This document shows positions 24,766 through 38,288 of a DNA stretch of 64,000 nt, piece after piece (position 1 is the first letter of the stretch; each line of letters opens with the position of its first letter). Source of the DNA: Octopus bimaculoides (lineage: Eukaryota); assembly GCF_001194135.2 (NCBI RefSeq), contig NC_068984.1:147299838-147363837 (forward strand), in the 5' to 3' direction. The position numbers and the translations under genes were made by a program. The notes beneath the pieces are model-generated. The model worked only from the letters and a program-made list of their open reading frames with translations, made no database searches and was not told the DNA's origin.

Positions 24766-26095
24766 CCATGTTGTTTTGTCTGTACTGGATGTTCTTTTAA
24801 ATAATTACATTATTTTTCGTTTACTTTTGTGCTTTGCCGTCACTTGTCCACACCGTTAAATATTTCATGTTCTCTGTTTCTTGTCGCTGTTTTAACAATC
24901 GCTTAGAATCAAATCCGATGCTTTTGGCGCAACCAGAGCAATATCTTAATGCGCTGATATCACAGAAGTTCTCTGAAAGATAAACATCATGGCGGGAACT
25001 GTCTCCTTTTCTCTCGTCTCTCTTATAGCCTTCTCGTAAGCGTCAAATGTCATACATACACACATACATACACACATACATACACACACACTCACATGTA
25101 CGCGTCTATAATAACATAGATACATGTGTGAGTGTGTGTGTGTAGGTGTATGTACGTGTGTGTGTATGTGTGCGTGTGTGTGTGTGTGTGTGCGTGTGTG
25201 TGTGTGTAGGGTTATGGATTCTATCACTGCAGAACCGTCTTTGGTAAAGCAGAAGACCGTTTTTCTGATATCTTTTAGCTTTTACTCACTTCAGTCATGA
25301 AACAGTGGCCATGCTAAGGCNNNNNNNNNNNNNNNNNNNNNNNNNNNNNNNNNNNNNNNNNNNNNNNNNNNNNNNNNNNNNNNNNNNNNNNNNNNNNNNN
25401 NNNNNNNNNNNNNNNNNNNNNNNNNNNNNNNNNNNNNNNNNNNNNNNNNNNNNNNNNNNNNNNNNNNNNNNNNNNNNNNNNNNNNNNNNNNNNNNNNNNN
25501 NNNNNNNNNNNNNNNNNNNNNNNNNNNNNNNNNNNNNNNNNNNNNNNNNNNNNNNNNNNNNNNNNNNNNNNNNNNNNNNNNNNNNNNNNNNNNNNNNNNN
25601 NNNNNNNNNNNTATATATATATATATATATTGATCAAACACTCAGAACGGACGCGCGCACGCACGCGCACACACATACTCACATAGTAGTATGTAATGTA
25701 AACATATTAGCTCCGAGGATGAGTCGATCAGTCTATTACCTGAACAGAAGTCAGAGTTCTGTAGGCCCTGCCCCTCATTATAGTAATATTTTCGAAGAAT
25801 TTGTTACAATAACACGGTTTATAGTAACAGCTGAGAAAATACTCATAACGAAAATAGTGAAGAGCAGTTTTTATGTAGCTTTTCTTTGCTGTTAGCATTT
25901 TGTTAGTATTGTGTAACGGTTACAGACCCAATCCCCACCCCACACACACATATGCACATATACAGTCGTATGCATATATGTAGGTTTGTATACATTAATT
26001 TTCATATTTATTTGTAATACATCTCACACATACACACAGACACAAATATTTATGTGTATATATATGCAGATATGTACGTGTATTTGTGTGAGAGT

Positions 26096-26205
<110 letters not shown>

Positions 26206-26919
26206 TTGCAATAAAAATGAAATACAAATTAGATTGAATTATATAAAATAAGTATACAAAGAAATCTCTCTCGGTGATTCTCTCCCTTTGAAGGAAATTT
26301 CTCCCCACCCCTTTTATTTGTTAGAAAACCGCGTTTCTCTCTGCCTCTTAAACTAAAACCAACCGCTGATGGCAGCAGCGGCGGTCACCAGCCAAATTCC
26401 ATATATATATATATATAGAGAGAGAGAAAACTTACTTGGAAAAGGATGCGTGTCGATCGATCATATAGTAATATAAATAATATATAAATATATGCATATA
26501 TCCATACATATATGTATATACCTACATCTATATGTATACATACATGCATATATGGGTACAAGACATAAAAAAAAAACGTTAAACACAATGAGAAACGAAA
26601 ACATAAAGACGAAAACATAGAAAACGAACATTTTTCGAACAACATATATATATACACACACATATACATATATATTTATGTTGTTGTTGTTGTGGGGGAT
26701 GGTGATGGTGGTGGTGATGATGTAGATGTGTTAGTATTCCCACCGCACAGTGAACACACCTGAAGAAATTTTCACTCTTTGTGTTGCTCTCTGACAACTC
26801 AAATCTCCAGGGTATCTCACATGAATAATGATCAAATAGCCAAAATTTTATGTAATGATGTTCCTAGCGTGCACAATGGATCTCTAAAACAAACATATTT
26901 AAAAATTCATTACTGCCTT

Positions 26920-26964
26920 CCGGTACGTCGTGATGTTTCATCACTGACGAGAATCTTCAGCCGG
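26920..26964 (-). ncRNA. type I hammerhead ribozyme motif (decayed)
   Basis: Minus strand CCGG-CTGAAGA-TTCTCGTCAGTGAT-GAAA-CATCACGACG-TA-CCGG: intact core, stem I 4 bp, GUA site. Stems II and III are each one substitution from perfect (ATC/GAT; CGTC/GACG). Confidence 0.6.
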
Positions 26965-27379
26965 TGTTGAAAACGTAAGTGCTCGCCAAAGTGAAGTTTA
27001 CACAGCGGTATGAAAAGCCAAACTCTTTAATTGTAACTGAACCCCCCCCCCCCTTAACTACCGATACTGTCCTCTAGAATTAGTATTTTAGGGGAAGGGA
27101 AGAATAATAAGATATAATGGTCAGGTTTCTAAAATTCGACGTAGGTATTTATTGTACTCGCTAAAGTGATACTGGGGGCTGATGAATCGGAGAGAGAGAA
27201 AGAAAGATGTGTATATACATATAAACTCATGCGCACACATATACATATAAATGTGCGTATGCACTATTATATAGGACCGCATGCTTATGTACTTATGCAA
27301 TTACGCATATATATATATATATATAAGCATGCACACACACACACATACAAACATGTATATATATATATATGTATACTTG

Positions 27380-27530
27380 GTATTTACAAAAAGAACAAAA
27401 GACGAAGACAGGTGTGTAAACAACGAACAGGTGTATTAATTTAACGCTCAGCAAGGTGAGAAAGTCTTTTACGTTTCGAGCCTCCGCTCTTCAACAGAAA
27501 GGAACACAGAAATAAACAGAGAGAGACTAG
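27380..27530 (-). mobile_element. hammerhead-bearing non-autonomous repeat (Penelope-like terminus derivative)
   Basis: Sequence downstream of the hammerhead (CTC..GAGCGT..TTAATACA..TTTGTT) is similar to that downstream of 52812-52850. Confidence 0.6.
27466..27501 (-). ncRNA. minimal type I hammerhead-like motif, variant core
   Basis: CTTT-CTGTTGA-A-GAGC GGAG GCTC-GAAA-CG-TA-AAAG: perfect stems I and II, palindromic ACGT stem III, GUA site. Core has A6>U. Confidence 0.65.
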
Positions 27531-28628
27531 AAATGCTTTAGTTGCTAGCAGTCGATCATGGCGATATATATGTATATACACATTCATACACACGCACATA
27601 CACACACATACATGTATGTTTATATATGAATTGTTAAACAATTAAAAAATTAAAATTAAAAAATGAGAAGTTGAAGAAATAAGACATTGGAAAGTCATAT
27701 ATATATATATATATANNNNNNNNNNNNNNNNNNNNNNNNNNNNNNNNNNNNNNNNNNNNNNNNNNNNNNNNNNNNNNNNNNNNNNNNNNNNNNNNNNNNN
27801 NNNNNNNNNNNNNNNNNNNNNNNNNNNNNNNNNNNNNNNNNNNNNNNNNNNNNNNNNNNNNNNNNNNNNNNNNNNNNNNNNNNNNNNNNNNNNNNNNNNN
27901 NNNNNNNNNNNNNNNNNNNNNNNNNNNNNNNNNNNNNNNNNNNNNNNNNNNNNNNNNNNNNNNNNNNNNNNNNNNNNNNNNNNNNNNNNNNNNNNNNNNN
28001 NNNNNNNNNNNNNNNNNNNNNNNNNNNNNNNNNNNNNNNNNNNNNNNNNNNNNNNNNNNNNNNNNNNNNNNNNNNNNNNNNNNNNNNNNNNNNNNNNNNN
28101 NNNNNNNNNNNNNNNNNNNNNNNNNNNNNNNNNNNNNNNNNNNNNNNNNNNNNNNNNNNNNNNNNNNNNNNNNNNNNNNNNNNNNNNNNNNNNNNNNNNN
28201 NNNNNNNNNNNNNNNNNNNNNNNNNNNNNNNNNNNNNNNNNNNNNNNNNNNNNNNNNNNNNNNNNNNNNNNNNNNNNNNNNNNNNNNNNNNNNNNNNNNN
28301 NNNNNNNNNNNNNNNNNNNNNNNNNNNNNNNNNNNNNNNNNNNNNNNNNNNNNNNNNNNNNNNNNNNNNNNNNNNNNNNNNNNNNNNNNNNNNNNNNNNN
28401 NNNNNNNNNNNNNNNNNNNNNNNNNNNNNNNNNNNNNNNNNNNNNNNNNNNNNNNNNNNNNNNNNNNNNNNNNNNNNNNNNNNNNNNNNNNNNNNNNNNN
28501 NNNNNNNNNNNNNNNNNNNNNNNNNNNNNNNNNNNNNNNNNNNNNNNNNNNNNNNNNNNNNNNNNNNNNNNNNNNNNNNNNNNNNNNNNNNNNNNNNNNN
28601 NNNNNNNNNNNNNNNNNNNNNNNNNNNN

Positions 28629-28695
<67 letters not shown>

Positions 28696-28996
28696 TTATG
28701 CATATATACATATTTACACACAAGCATAAGCAACAATACGCGTGACCTAGAAATAGTAAACATGTGCAGAGAGAAATAATTTAAGTACGACCAAAGACTC
28801 AATTAGGATTATCAGCCAAAATTAATTAGGTCTTCCCGTTTCTTCATTAGAATGAAGTCTGTACAATTTACTGAAGACCTAAAAATAACAAGCTGTTCAG
28901 CGTTTTTGCGTGGTGGATGCGCGTGTATATCTGTATGTGTGCGTCTGACTGTATAACACAAGCGTGTAAATCATTCTATATCTTTTTTATGTAATA

Positions 28997-29069
<73 letters not shown>

Positions 29070-29510
29070 TCCTTTCAGTTCTGTTTCCAATTCTTGCCGA
29101 GTGTCTCCCTGACACCTAGAGCAGAGAAACGTATTGTATACATTGGTAGGCCATTAACACAAGCACACCAGATTCTTCATGTACGTAACAGTTGATCGTC
29201 GCTGCTTTTGGACATACCTACAGTGCAAATAGTCTTAAATAGTCTAGCTTTAACTATTGCATAGTTTAAATATGTGCTAATATTATCTTTATTATTATTT
29301 TAACCTTAAACTTCGTTCAAATTGTATTTAAAAATGAAAAAAATTATTTAAGTTGTTTTTTGTATATAATATACCTGTTAGCATATATTATAATGGATGT
29401 AGGGTTGATTATGGAAGGTTTATTATTTTGATATTTTTAATAATATCTTTATACAATAAGTACTTTATATAAATTCATTTGGTATTTATTGTTGGTTGAT
29501 ATATACATTC

Positions 29511-29577
<67 letters not shown>

Positions 29578-29853
29578 TTGACCTGAAGATTAACTATATT
29601 TTTGAATAGAATTGATTTTCGATAGTTTTAATCGATTTTAATCNNNNNNNNNNNNNNNNNNNNNNNNNNNNNNNNNNNNNNNNNNNNNNNNNNNNNNNNN
29701 NNNNNNNNNNNNNNNNNNNNNNNNNNNNNNNNNNNNNNNNNNNNNNNNNNNNNNNNNNNNNNNNNNNNNNNNNNNNNNNNNNNNNNNNNNNNNNNNNNNN
29801 NNNNNNNNNNNNNNNNNNNNNNNNNNNNNNNNNNNNNNNNNNNNNNNNNNNNN

Positions 29854-29896
<43 letters not shown>

Positions 29897-30213
29897 TCAT
29901 TATAGTTTCTCATATTGTTTATTATACTTTGGTCATAGCTAAATCGCAGCGAGGCGATCATTTTGCTAGGAATAAAGTAAAGTTTTTAAATACTTGAAAT
30001 GAATTCGAATAACCGCATATTATATCATATTATATCATATTACATTTATATTACATTATATTATATTATATTTATATTACATTATATTATATTATGTATG
30101 GTGTAAGTATATGTCACTTTATATTCCACTTCTGCATTCATCGCCAGAGATAATGCTCTCAATAGCTCGAATCACCTTCCAATATACCACCGCCACCACT
30201 ACTAACCACCACC

Positions 30214-30259
<46 letters not shown>

Positions 30260-31013
30260 CCCATCTCTCCACAATGTAATGCATCATTTTCTGAAGGCAA
30301 CGTTTTACATGTTATTATTCTAAGAGAAAAGATAGGAAGATAAATCTAGCGAACATCATTTACTGACTCTTGATTCCCTGTTGTACATGTTTCACTTCAC
30401 CTATGTCGTTAACACCCTTGAGACATGCGCGAACCCGTGAACATCCCATCTAATTTGTTTTCCTAATAAATCTGTAGTCTTTCGCCTGGTTATTGATGAA
30501 ACAGTTATAATAAGTGCCGAGTGAGGAGCATAAACAATGATGAATGTAAAATCGGGGAGGAATGAGAGGAGACTTTCAGGTTTCCAGAAAATATGTTGTA
30601 ACAACAATTTTGTGCAAACCTCCAGACACCGAATTTCATTGTAAAACCTCGAAGATAAAATCAGAAGCGTAAAGCAGAACCGGTAAACATTGGCATCATA
30701 TCTACCTGAGGAGTGTCAAGAAAATAGCAAAGGATTTATATTGTGTACAGGAAAATATGCACGCCGTCACACACAACAGCCACACAAGCGCTTGCGTGCG
30801 CGCGCACACACACACACATACACACACACATGCACACACACACACACACACATATATATATTAATGCTTTTATGTCGAGTTAAATATCAGAACAATTTAA
30901 CATTAGAGTTGAAGAATTACTTAATTTTTTTGCACAGAGAACGTATTTATTAAACTTTTACAAGAATCGTGAAAGTGTCTTCGATGATTCACGAAGCTAG
31001 CTTCCATACATAC

Positions 31014-31044
<31 letters not shown>

Positions 31045-31098
31045 CGTGCGCGTGTATTATATATATATAAATATACATATATATATGCATATGCACAT

Positions 31099-31130
<32 letters not shown>

Positions 31131-31131
<1 letters not shown>

Positions 31132-31205
31132 CCGGAGTAAGCACATGAAACGTGAAACTCAGAGTAACGGTTTTTTTGTTATATTTCTGCTGCTTTTAAA
31201 TAAAG
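31131..31205 (+). mobile_element. second copy of the 17285-17493 family, with only the 3' half of the hammerhead
   Basis: CGTGAAACTCAGAGTAACGGTTTT...GCTTTTAAATAAAG aligns with 17436-17493. The CUGANGA half is missing. Confidence 0.7.
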
Positions 31206-31279
31206 TATATATATATATATATGTATGTGTGTGAGTGAATGAGCGAATGCATGTATGTAAATATATACGTACACTCGCA

Positions 31280-31345
<66 letters not shown>

Positions 31346-31599
31346 TAATAAAAAAAATTTTCTTTCAGAGTTGGAGAAGCTAATATTGATAGCTTTATCA
31401 ATTGTAGCAAAGGATCAAAGTTTGCCCATCAAAGAACACCAAAACCATCAAATAAAATCATGAATGTAGATTAAAGAGAGAAGTATTTAAACACATTTTC
31501 GTAGAGAATACATCTATGTGGCACTTCTATACACTAAATGTTTCAGTAGTAACATGAAATACTAACTGGCAAGCGTAGTGGGGACATATACATCGGAAA

Positions 31600-31790
31600 T
31601 TTCCTCAGAGATTCATAGGGAAGCCATATCCTGGATATGCTAATCTACACAACAGGGAAATTAAAGCTAATCGCCCAGATATCGTTGTCAGAGACCACCA
31701 AGTGAGAATGCGTCTCCTCAGTGTATTGGTTCTAATAGAGGATAAAATGTATCCCTGAAAGAAACGAAGAAAGGATCTGCAAGCGAAGGG
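31600..31790 (+). mobile_element. R4/Dong-clade REL endonuclease fragment
   Basis: Translation includes NREIKANRPDIVVRDHQ (RPD motif) with frameshifted flanks. Confidence 0.7.
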
Positions 31791-32118
31791 AATCGTAATG
31801 TAGATAGATGGGGCTGGTCATACTGCAGCAATATCACTAGAGAAAACAGATAAACAATAAGAGAAACGCATCCAAAATCTGTTATCTTTTCACTCGCTAT
31901 GGCATAAAACAAAAAAAGCGTACAAAAGAGACAGACAGACAAAGAGTCTGACAGACATAGACAGACAAATAGATAGATGGAGGGATAGATGGCGGGAGGG
32001 AAGNNNNNNNNNNNNNNNNNNNNNNNNNNNNNNNGACAGATAGATAGATAGATAGATAGATGAACGATAGACATACATGCATACATACATACAGATAGAC
32101 AGACAGGCAGACAGACAG

Positions 32119-32174
<56 letters not shown>

Positions 32175-32264
32175 CAGTCTGACAGACATAGACAGACAGA
32201 TCGATAGATGGAGGGAGGGAGGGAGGTGGAAAGGAGGGACAGACAGACAGACAGACAGACAGAC

Positions 32265-32324
<60 letters not shown>

Positions 32325-32699
32325 GTCTACATAATAAACTGTCAATATGTATACAACGAAAGCAACTACACACTCTTGGCACTTACTCATGGATGATTCC
32401 AACCCCAAACACACCACCATCTTGTTTACAATTCCATCCGTGCACCAGGCAATAACACAACAAGCGATAATAATTTTGTACGAATGCACTTATTAACATT
32501 CCTCCCCATCAATACTTATCAGAAGTTGACAAACAGAGAAAAGATGACAGTCACGGAAAGCTCATTAATCGATTTACGGTTGTGTTTTGAAACACTGAAA
32601 AATCAATCAATGTGTTATAAATGTCAATTATTTTTACTGCCTGAATCATTCTTGCTAAATACAATAATATATCTTAAAACACGGTTTCACATAAAGAAA

Positions 32700-34054
32700 T
32701 ATTAATTCTATCCCGGCAGCGATGGGCAGCCTCGATTTTGCAAACATCTATGTGCTCATAGGCCTATATATTTTGGACTTAGTACACTTTTTGACTACAT
32801 ACAGTATGGTCGACATCGAAATAGTGGACAAAAAATAACAAAGCCCATCAATTAGAATCAAATGAAGACTTTTCTTCGAATTACTTAATATCGCGCACAT
32901 TACACCCTACATTTCTTCATAAAAGGGACACATTAGATCATCTCATCAATAAATATACAAAAAATATTTATTCAGTGACCCCAGCTGGATCGACATTACG
33001 TATAGTTCTACTTGAGGAAAGCTGAGTCTAGGTTAAACAAGAAACTCTGATAGAAAATGTAACAAATGACATACTCAGCGGCTTAATTTTTAAAGCTGAA
33101 ATACCAATCAATGTCAGCCAAAATTCAAAGTACATGGTAAGTGAATCAAAAGATATTGCAATACACTTCCTCAAAGAACTTATATAAACACACATTCACA
33201 CAGATAATATTCCCAGAAGAGCTATTACATTTTCCCCTGGAACTACCCTAAATATAGGCAGGAATTATGATGCCTAAATATATAACGAATGTAACAAGTA
33301 TACAAATATATATATATATATACAAACACACACACACACACACACATACAGACAGACAGGTAGGTAAGTAGGAAGGGAGACAGACAAACAGCCAGACAGA
33401 CAGAGAGATAGATATTGTATACAAATATATCCACATATATATAGGCATACATATACACGCATATGTACATACATACATACATAATATATATATATCACAA
33501 GTACCAACACTCTTAAAGTTAGTTATAGTTGCCTCCCCAATATAGGGTCAATAATATTCAGCCACTATAAAAACAAACACCAGAAGTACTCCCGATAAAC
33601 AATGTTGCTCGCAAAATCACAGTCCTTTAAATAACAACTCCTGGAAAAAGAACTTATATACAAGGCCAAAATCATGGTCCCCGCGTAGTAACAAAGACGT
33701 ATATCGGAATGACGGGCAACTTGTTCAAGGAAAGGCACACACAACATTTGGTGTCATTCAGGGACAAAAACAAGACATGCAACATCCCTATCCAATATGA
33801 TATGGACATTGAAAGAAGGGAAATCAAGTAACTTCCAGATAAAATGGAACATCATTGCTAAAACCAGAAAATACAGAGAACGGGGTATCAAATGTGAACT
33901 CTGTATCACTGAAAAATCAAATATCATACAGTCAACAGATAATATCCTAAATATTAGGGATGAAACCTTTTCCCCCTGCATACACAAGCACTATTTCACA
34001 CTTAGACACTTCAAGCCGAAACCACCACCCACGCCGCTAACTCTACCAGGATAG
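32700..34054 (+). mobile_element. Penelope-like element (RT plus GIY-YIG endonuclease), heavily decayed and interrupted by a microsatellite at ~33300-33490
   Basis: MGSLDFANIYVLIGLYILD at 32722 (cf. MGSxDGAExCELVGLYIL), NTLKVSYSCLPNIGSIIFSH at 33506, LEKELIYKAKI...KTYIGMT (GIY-YIG) at 33641-33714, and IWTLK...IKWNII...CELCITEK...LNIRDE...CIH in ORF 33797-34054. Confidence 0.85.
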
Positions 34055-34530
34055 CTTATTTCCCTGAACGTGTAAATTGAATATATACAACACATGAACC
34101 CCACACATAAAAGAAACTAAATCAGCACACAAACATGCAAACATCACATATAGCCAGATTTTAATATAATATAATGCAAACAAATTTACCGTCCAACATG
34201 ACTGTTTTCCCAAAAGTCAAATCAAATGGAGATAATCACTCAAAAGATGTCATCTAAGAATAGCATCCCTTGATTTATTGTTTACTTTACGAGACTTTCT
34301 TTGAATTCTCGAGGCTTTGTGTTTTCAATAAAATAGAGGCGAACATTATTCCTCCGTGTGATCGGCTTAAAAAATTAAGATATTTTTCTTAAAAAGAAAC
34401 AAATGGTAGTATTAATTCACAAGTAAAGAAATTCTATCCACCAATACAGTGTTGAGCACTCATTCTCATCGCTAGACACATATATATATATGTGTGTGTG
34501 TGTGTCTGTGTGTGTGTATGTGTGTATGTG

Positions 34531-34575
<45 letters not shown>

Positions 34576-34714
34576 TGTGTGTGCGTGCGTGTGCGTGTGT
34601 GTGTATGAGACCAAGGTGTATGTACGCCGCTATATCGTCTATCTGGATGTTTTGTTGCCCCTTTCTTGTATCACCTGTCTGGATGTTTTGCGTTTTTGTC
34701 CCATTTATGTATGG

Positions 34715-34920
34715 TTCCATGTTTGCGTCTTTATGCCTGTTTGCTTCCAACCAACCCTTGTCAACTAGGGATAACTTCTTTTCGTACCTGTAAATTTAGC
34801 GGTTCGACCAAAGCATCCGATAGAATAAAAATCCAACCTTAAACCTTATTCTAAAAACCCACAATGCACTATTCCAGTGTGGCTCTGCAGTCCTTCACTT
34901 AAACAAGCGAAAAGGTAAAA
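34715..34920 (+). mobile_element. SINE family A, 3' half (old)
   Basis: AAATTTAGCGGTTCGACCAAAG..CCGATAGAATAA...TTCCAGTGTGGC..CAGTC...AAACAAGCGAAAAG, directly after (TG)n. Confidence 0.65.
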
Positions 34921-35471
34921 GTTAGATACATTTCTGTAAAGGTATACTCATTACCACCGATACAGCTGCTACATATTCGTCTTCTGGCTATTGTTCATGA
35001 TGATGATGATGGCGATGATGATGACGATGATGGTGGTTATTATGATGTTTATGACACAGTCGACATCATCGTCATCCCATCACCAGATCGACGTGTTGGT
35101 GGTTAGTAAGTAGCAATCTGGAATAAGATGTCATGAAATAGAGGAGTAACATGTAAAAATAATTACAACACCGAAAAGAAAGAGACAGAGAGAGCGAAAG
35201 AGAGAAAACAGAAGAGCTAACAGAGGTACAAAAGAAAGGAGGAGAAAGGAAGGAATAATGAAAGTAAATAGAGAAGTGTTCAGCGCCATGTGGGGTCTGG
35301 TTGTAAAAATAAAGAGAAATAACTTAAATGGTGCGGAAATGAAAATAATGAAATTTTACGTGTTGTACAGATTGAAGGTAACCAGTGTGTGTTTCGCTGT
35401 TCGCTGGCTATTTGTTTTACTATATTCGTACGTTGATGTACGCATACTTATGTCTGTCTCCATCTCATCTC

Positions 35472-35528
<57 letters not shown>

Positions 35529-36417
35529 ATTATGTATGTATGTGTATAAATATATGTATACATAGAAAGAGAGAGACAGACAGACAGAGATGAGTAGATA
35601 TGTACATATATGCATGTATGAATATGTATGTATTTATACACATATATAAATACATGTGTGTATGTGTGTGNNNNNNNNNNNNNNNNNNNNNNNNNNNNNN
35701 NNNNNNNNNNNNNNNNNNNNNNNNNNNNNNNNNNNNNNNNNNNNNNNNNNNNNNNNNNNNNNNNNNNNNNNNNNNNNNNNNNNNNNNNNNNNNNNNNNNN
35801 NNNNNNNNNNNNNNNNNNNNNNNNNNNNNNNNNNNNNNNNNNNNNNNNNNNNNNNNNNNNNNNNNNNNNNNNNNNNNNNNNNNNNNNNNNNNNNNNNNNN
35901 NNNNNNNNNNNNNNNNNNNNNNNNNNNNNNNNNNNNNNNNNNNNNNNNNNNNNNNNNNNNNNNNNNNNNNNNNNNNNNNNNNNNNNNNNNNNNNNNNNNN
36001 NNNNNNNNNNNNNNNNNNNNNNNNNNNNNNNNNNNNNNNNNNNNNNNNNNNNNNNNNNNNNNNNNNNNNNNNNNNNNNNNNNNNNNNNNNNNNNNNNNNN
36101 NNNNNNNNNNNNNNNNNNNNNNNNNNNNNNNNNNNNNNNNNNNNNNNNNNNNNNNNNNNNNNNNNNNNNNNNNNNNNNNNNNNNNNNNNNNNNNNNNNNN
36201 NNNNNNNNNNNNNNNNNNNNNNNNNNNNNNNNNNNNNNNNNNNNNNNNNNNNNNNNNNNNNNNNNNNNNNNNNNNNNNNNNNNNNNNNNNNNNNNNNNNN
36301 NNNNNNNNNNNNNNNNNNNNNNNNNNNNNNNNNNNNNNNNNNNNNNNNNNNNNNNNNNNNNNNNNNNNNNNNNNNNNNNNNNNNNNNNNNNNNNNNNNNN
36401 NNNNNNNNNNNNNNNNN

Positions 36418-36447
<30 letters not shown>

Positions 36448-36449
<2 letters not shown>

Positions 36450-36602
36450 GACAGGCTTCTTTCAAATTCCGTCTACCAAATCCACTCACAAGGTTTTGGT
36501 CGGTCCGAATCCATAGTAGAAGAAACCTGCCCAAGGTGCTACGTAATGGGACTGAACCCAGAACCATGTGGTTGGGAAGAAAACCTTTAACCACACAGTC
36601 AT
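36448..36602 (-). mobile_element. SINE family A, 5' half abutting (TA)n and a gap
   Basis: GGCTTCTTTCAAATTCCGTCTACCAAATCCACTCACAAGG...CCCAAGGTGC...GGGACTGAACCC...CCACACAG. Confidence 0.85.
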
Positions 36603-36617
36603 ATGTATATATATATA

Positions 36618-36986
36618 CCAGCCTTGAAGCCGGCCTTCGGGCGGCATTCACGCTGGCTCTCGCGGAGGGCATCTTTGAGGCCGTCGGCCTCACAATCCGA
36701 TCGCTTCGCTGCCATCTAGCCTTTGTGTAATGAAACTTATTTCTGCAAATGTGCTAAGCACTAAAGCTGATCATAGTGTGGTCAATAAGCGTAGGAGTGA
36801 GGTAAATGCAGTAAAAATAGGGGCGTCATTGAGACCCCAATTAGGTGGTCCTTAAAAAAAATAAACCCCTTAGGACATTCCCTGGGATAAGGGGAATTGC
36901 TGGTTTGACTTTCGTTGTCCTTGCACCAACAGTAAGGAGGAGTTAACATAACGGACAGAGGAACAACACTCAAATTTATATTAAGA
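36618..36986 (-). mobile_element. non-autonomous Helitron, 369 bp
   Basis: Minus strand A|TCTTAATATAAA at the 5' end (36986). The 3' end has hairpin GCCGCCCGAAGGCCGGC, a 7-nt spacer and CTGG|T (CTRR). Inserted between A and T with no TSD. Confidence 0.7.
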
Positions 36987-37826
36987 TATACATACATACA
37001 TACATACATACATACATANNNNNNNNNNATATATGTATGTATATATGTATGTATGTATATGTATATATATATATATATCCATCATGGCAGGATTCGAATT
37101 ATTCAAAAGGTACTTTATTTATCGACCTCGAGAAGATAAAAGAAAAATGTTGGATTTGAACACATAGCATAGAGAGTCGAGTCGGAATATATCTGAAGGA
37201 CCTAACAGCCCTCCGTAAAGAACGTGATTTGTGGAATATGTCTGCAAATCACGAGTGAGAAACTTTATCACCAACAGATGCAAAATCCAATGTTGCGTAG
37301 GAATATGTGAGTGGAATGAAACGATTTTAGGCTGCTGTTTTGGACAGCGATGGTTTGATGTCAGTGATGTTTGATGTCAAATAAGTCAGCATCGAATCAG
37401 TGACACCAAAATGGTTGAACCACAGCGTTCCATATTCGTGTGTGAAATGTGAACAAATGAGAAACGAGTATCGAAACTGCCTTGCAGTTGAGATTCCCCA
37501 GCAAACCTCTCCAACCTCCTACTAAATACGTTAGTTGATATCAGCAACGGTTGCATTGCAAGTCATCACCAAAATACCTCATTAACATACATCTGTTAAA
37601 ATCATTAGACGTGCGAAAGTGTAATTTCGTTTTGTTTTATTTTCCGTTCACTTTAATCTCCGCCTCCCCCCCCCACCACCACCTTCTCCTTTTTCTTCCT
37701 TTTTTACTTTTCCTTCGTTTTCTTCATTCCTGTTTTGTTTTTCTCATTTTTTCTTTACTTTTCTTTTCTGAGGTATTTCTGATCTTTTTTATCTTTCTTT
37801 TTTTATGATTCTCTCATTTTCATTAC

Positions 37827-37907
<81 letters not shown>

Positions 37908-38053
37908 TATTATTATTATCTTTTCAGACCCTGTCGTATTCTTTCTCATCTCCTTCCTTTTCCTGAACTTCTTCTTCTTCTCCTTCAATTCTTCTTCTTC
38001 TTCTTCTTCTTCTTCTTCTTCTTCTTCTTCTTCTTCTCCTCCTCCTCCTCCAC

Positions 38054-38104
<51 letters not shown>

Positions 38105-38249
38105 TATGTCAGTTTCCTCTTCCTTCTCTTTTTCTATCATCATCATCATCATTATCAGTAGTAGTAATAGTAGTCCAAAATGGTGATGTTCTTGGTCCTC
38201 TCCTCCTCGTCTTCTCTTTTATTTCTTCTCAGTGTCTAATTCCATCTAT

Positions 38250-38288
<39 letters not shown>

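Noticed and set aside
29065-29150. Possible 3' UTR of another Dong-type element adjoining (TTA)n on the minus strand
   Set aside because: No coding remnant or in-window homologue to confirm it; adjacency to the tract alone is insufficient.
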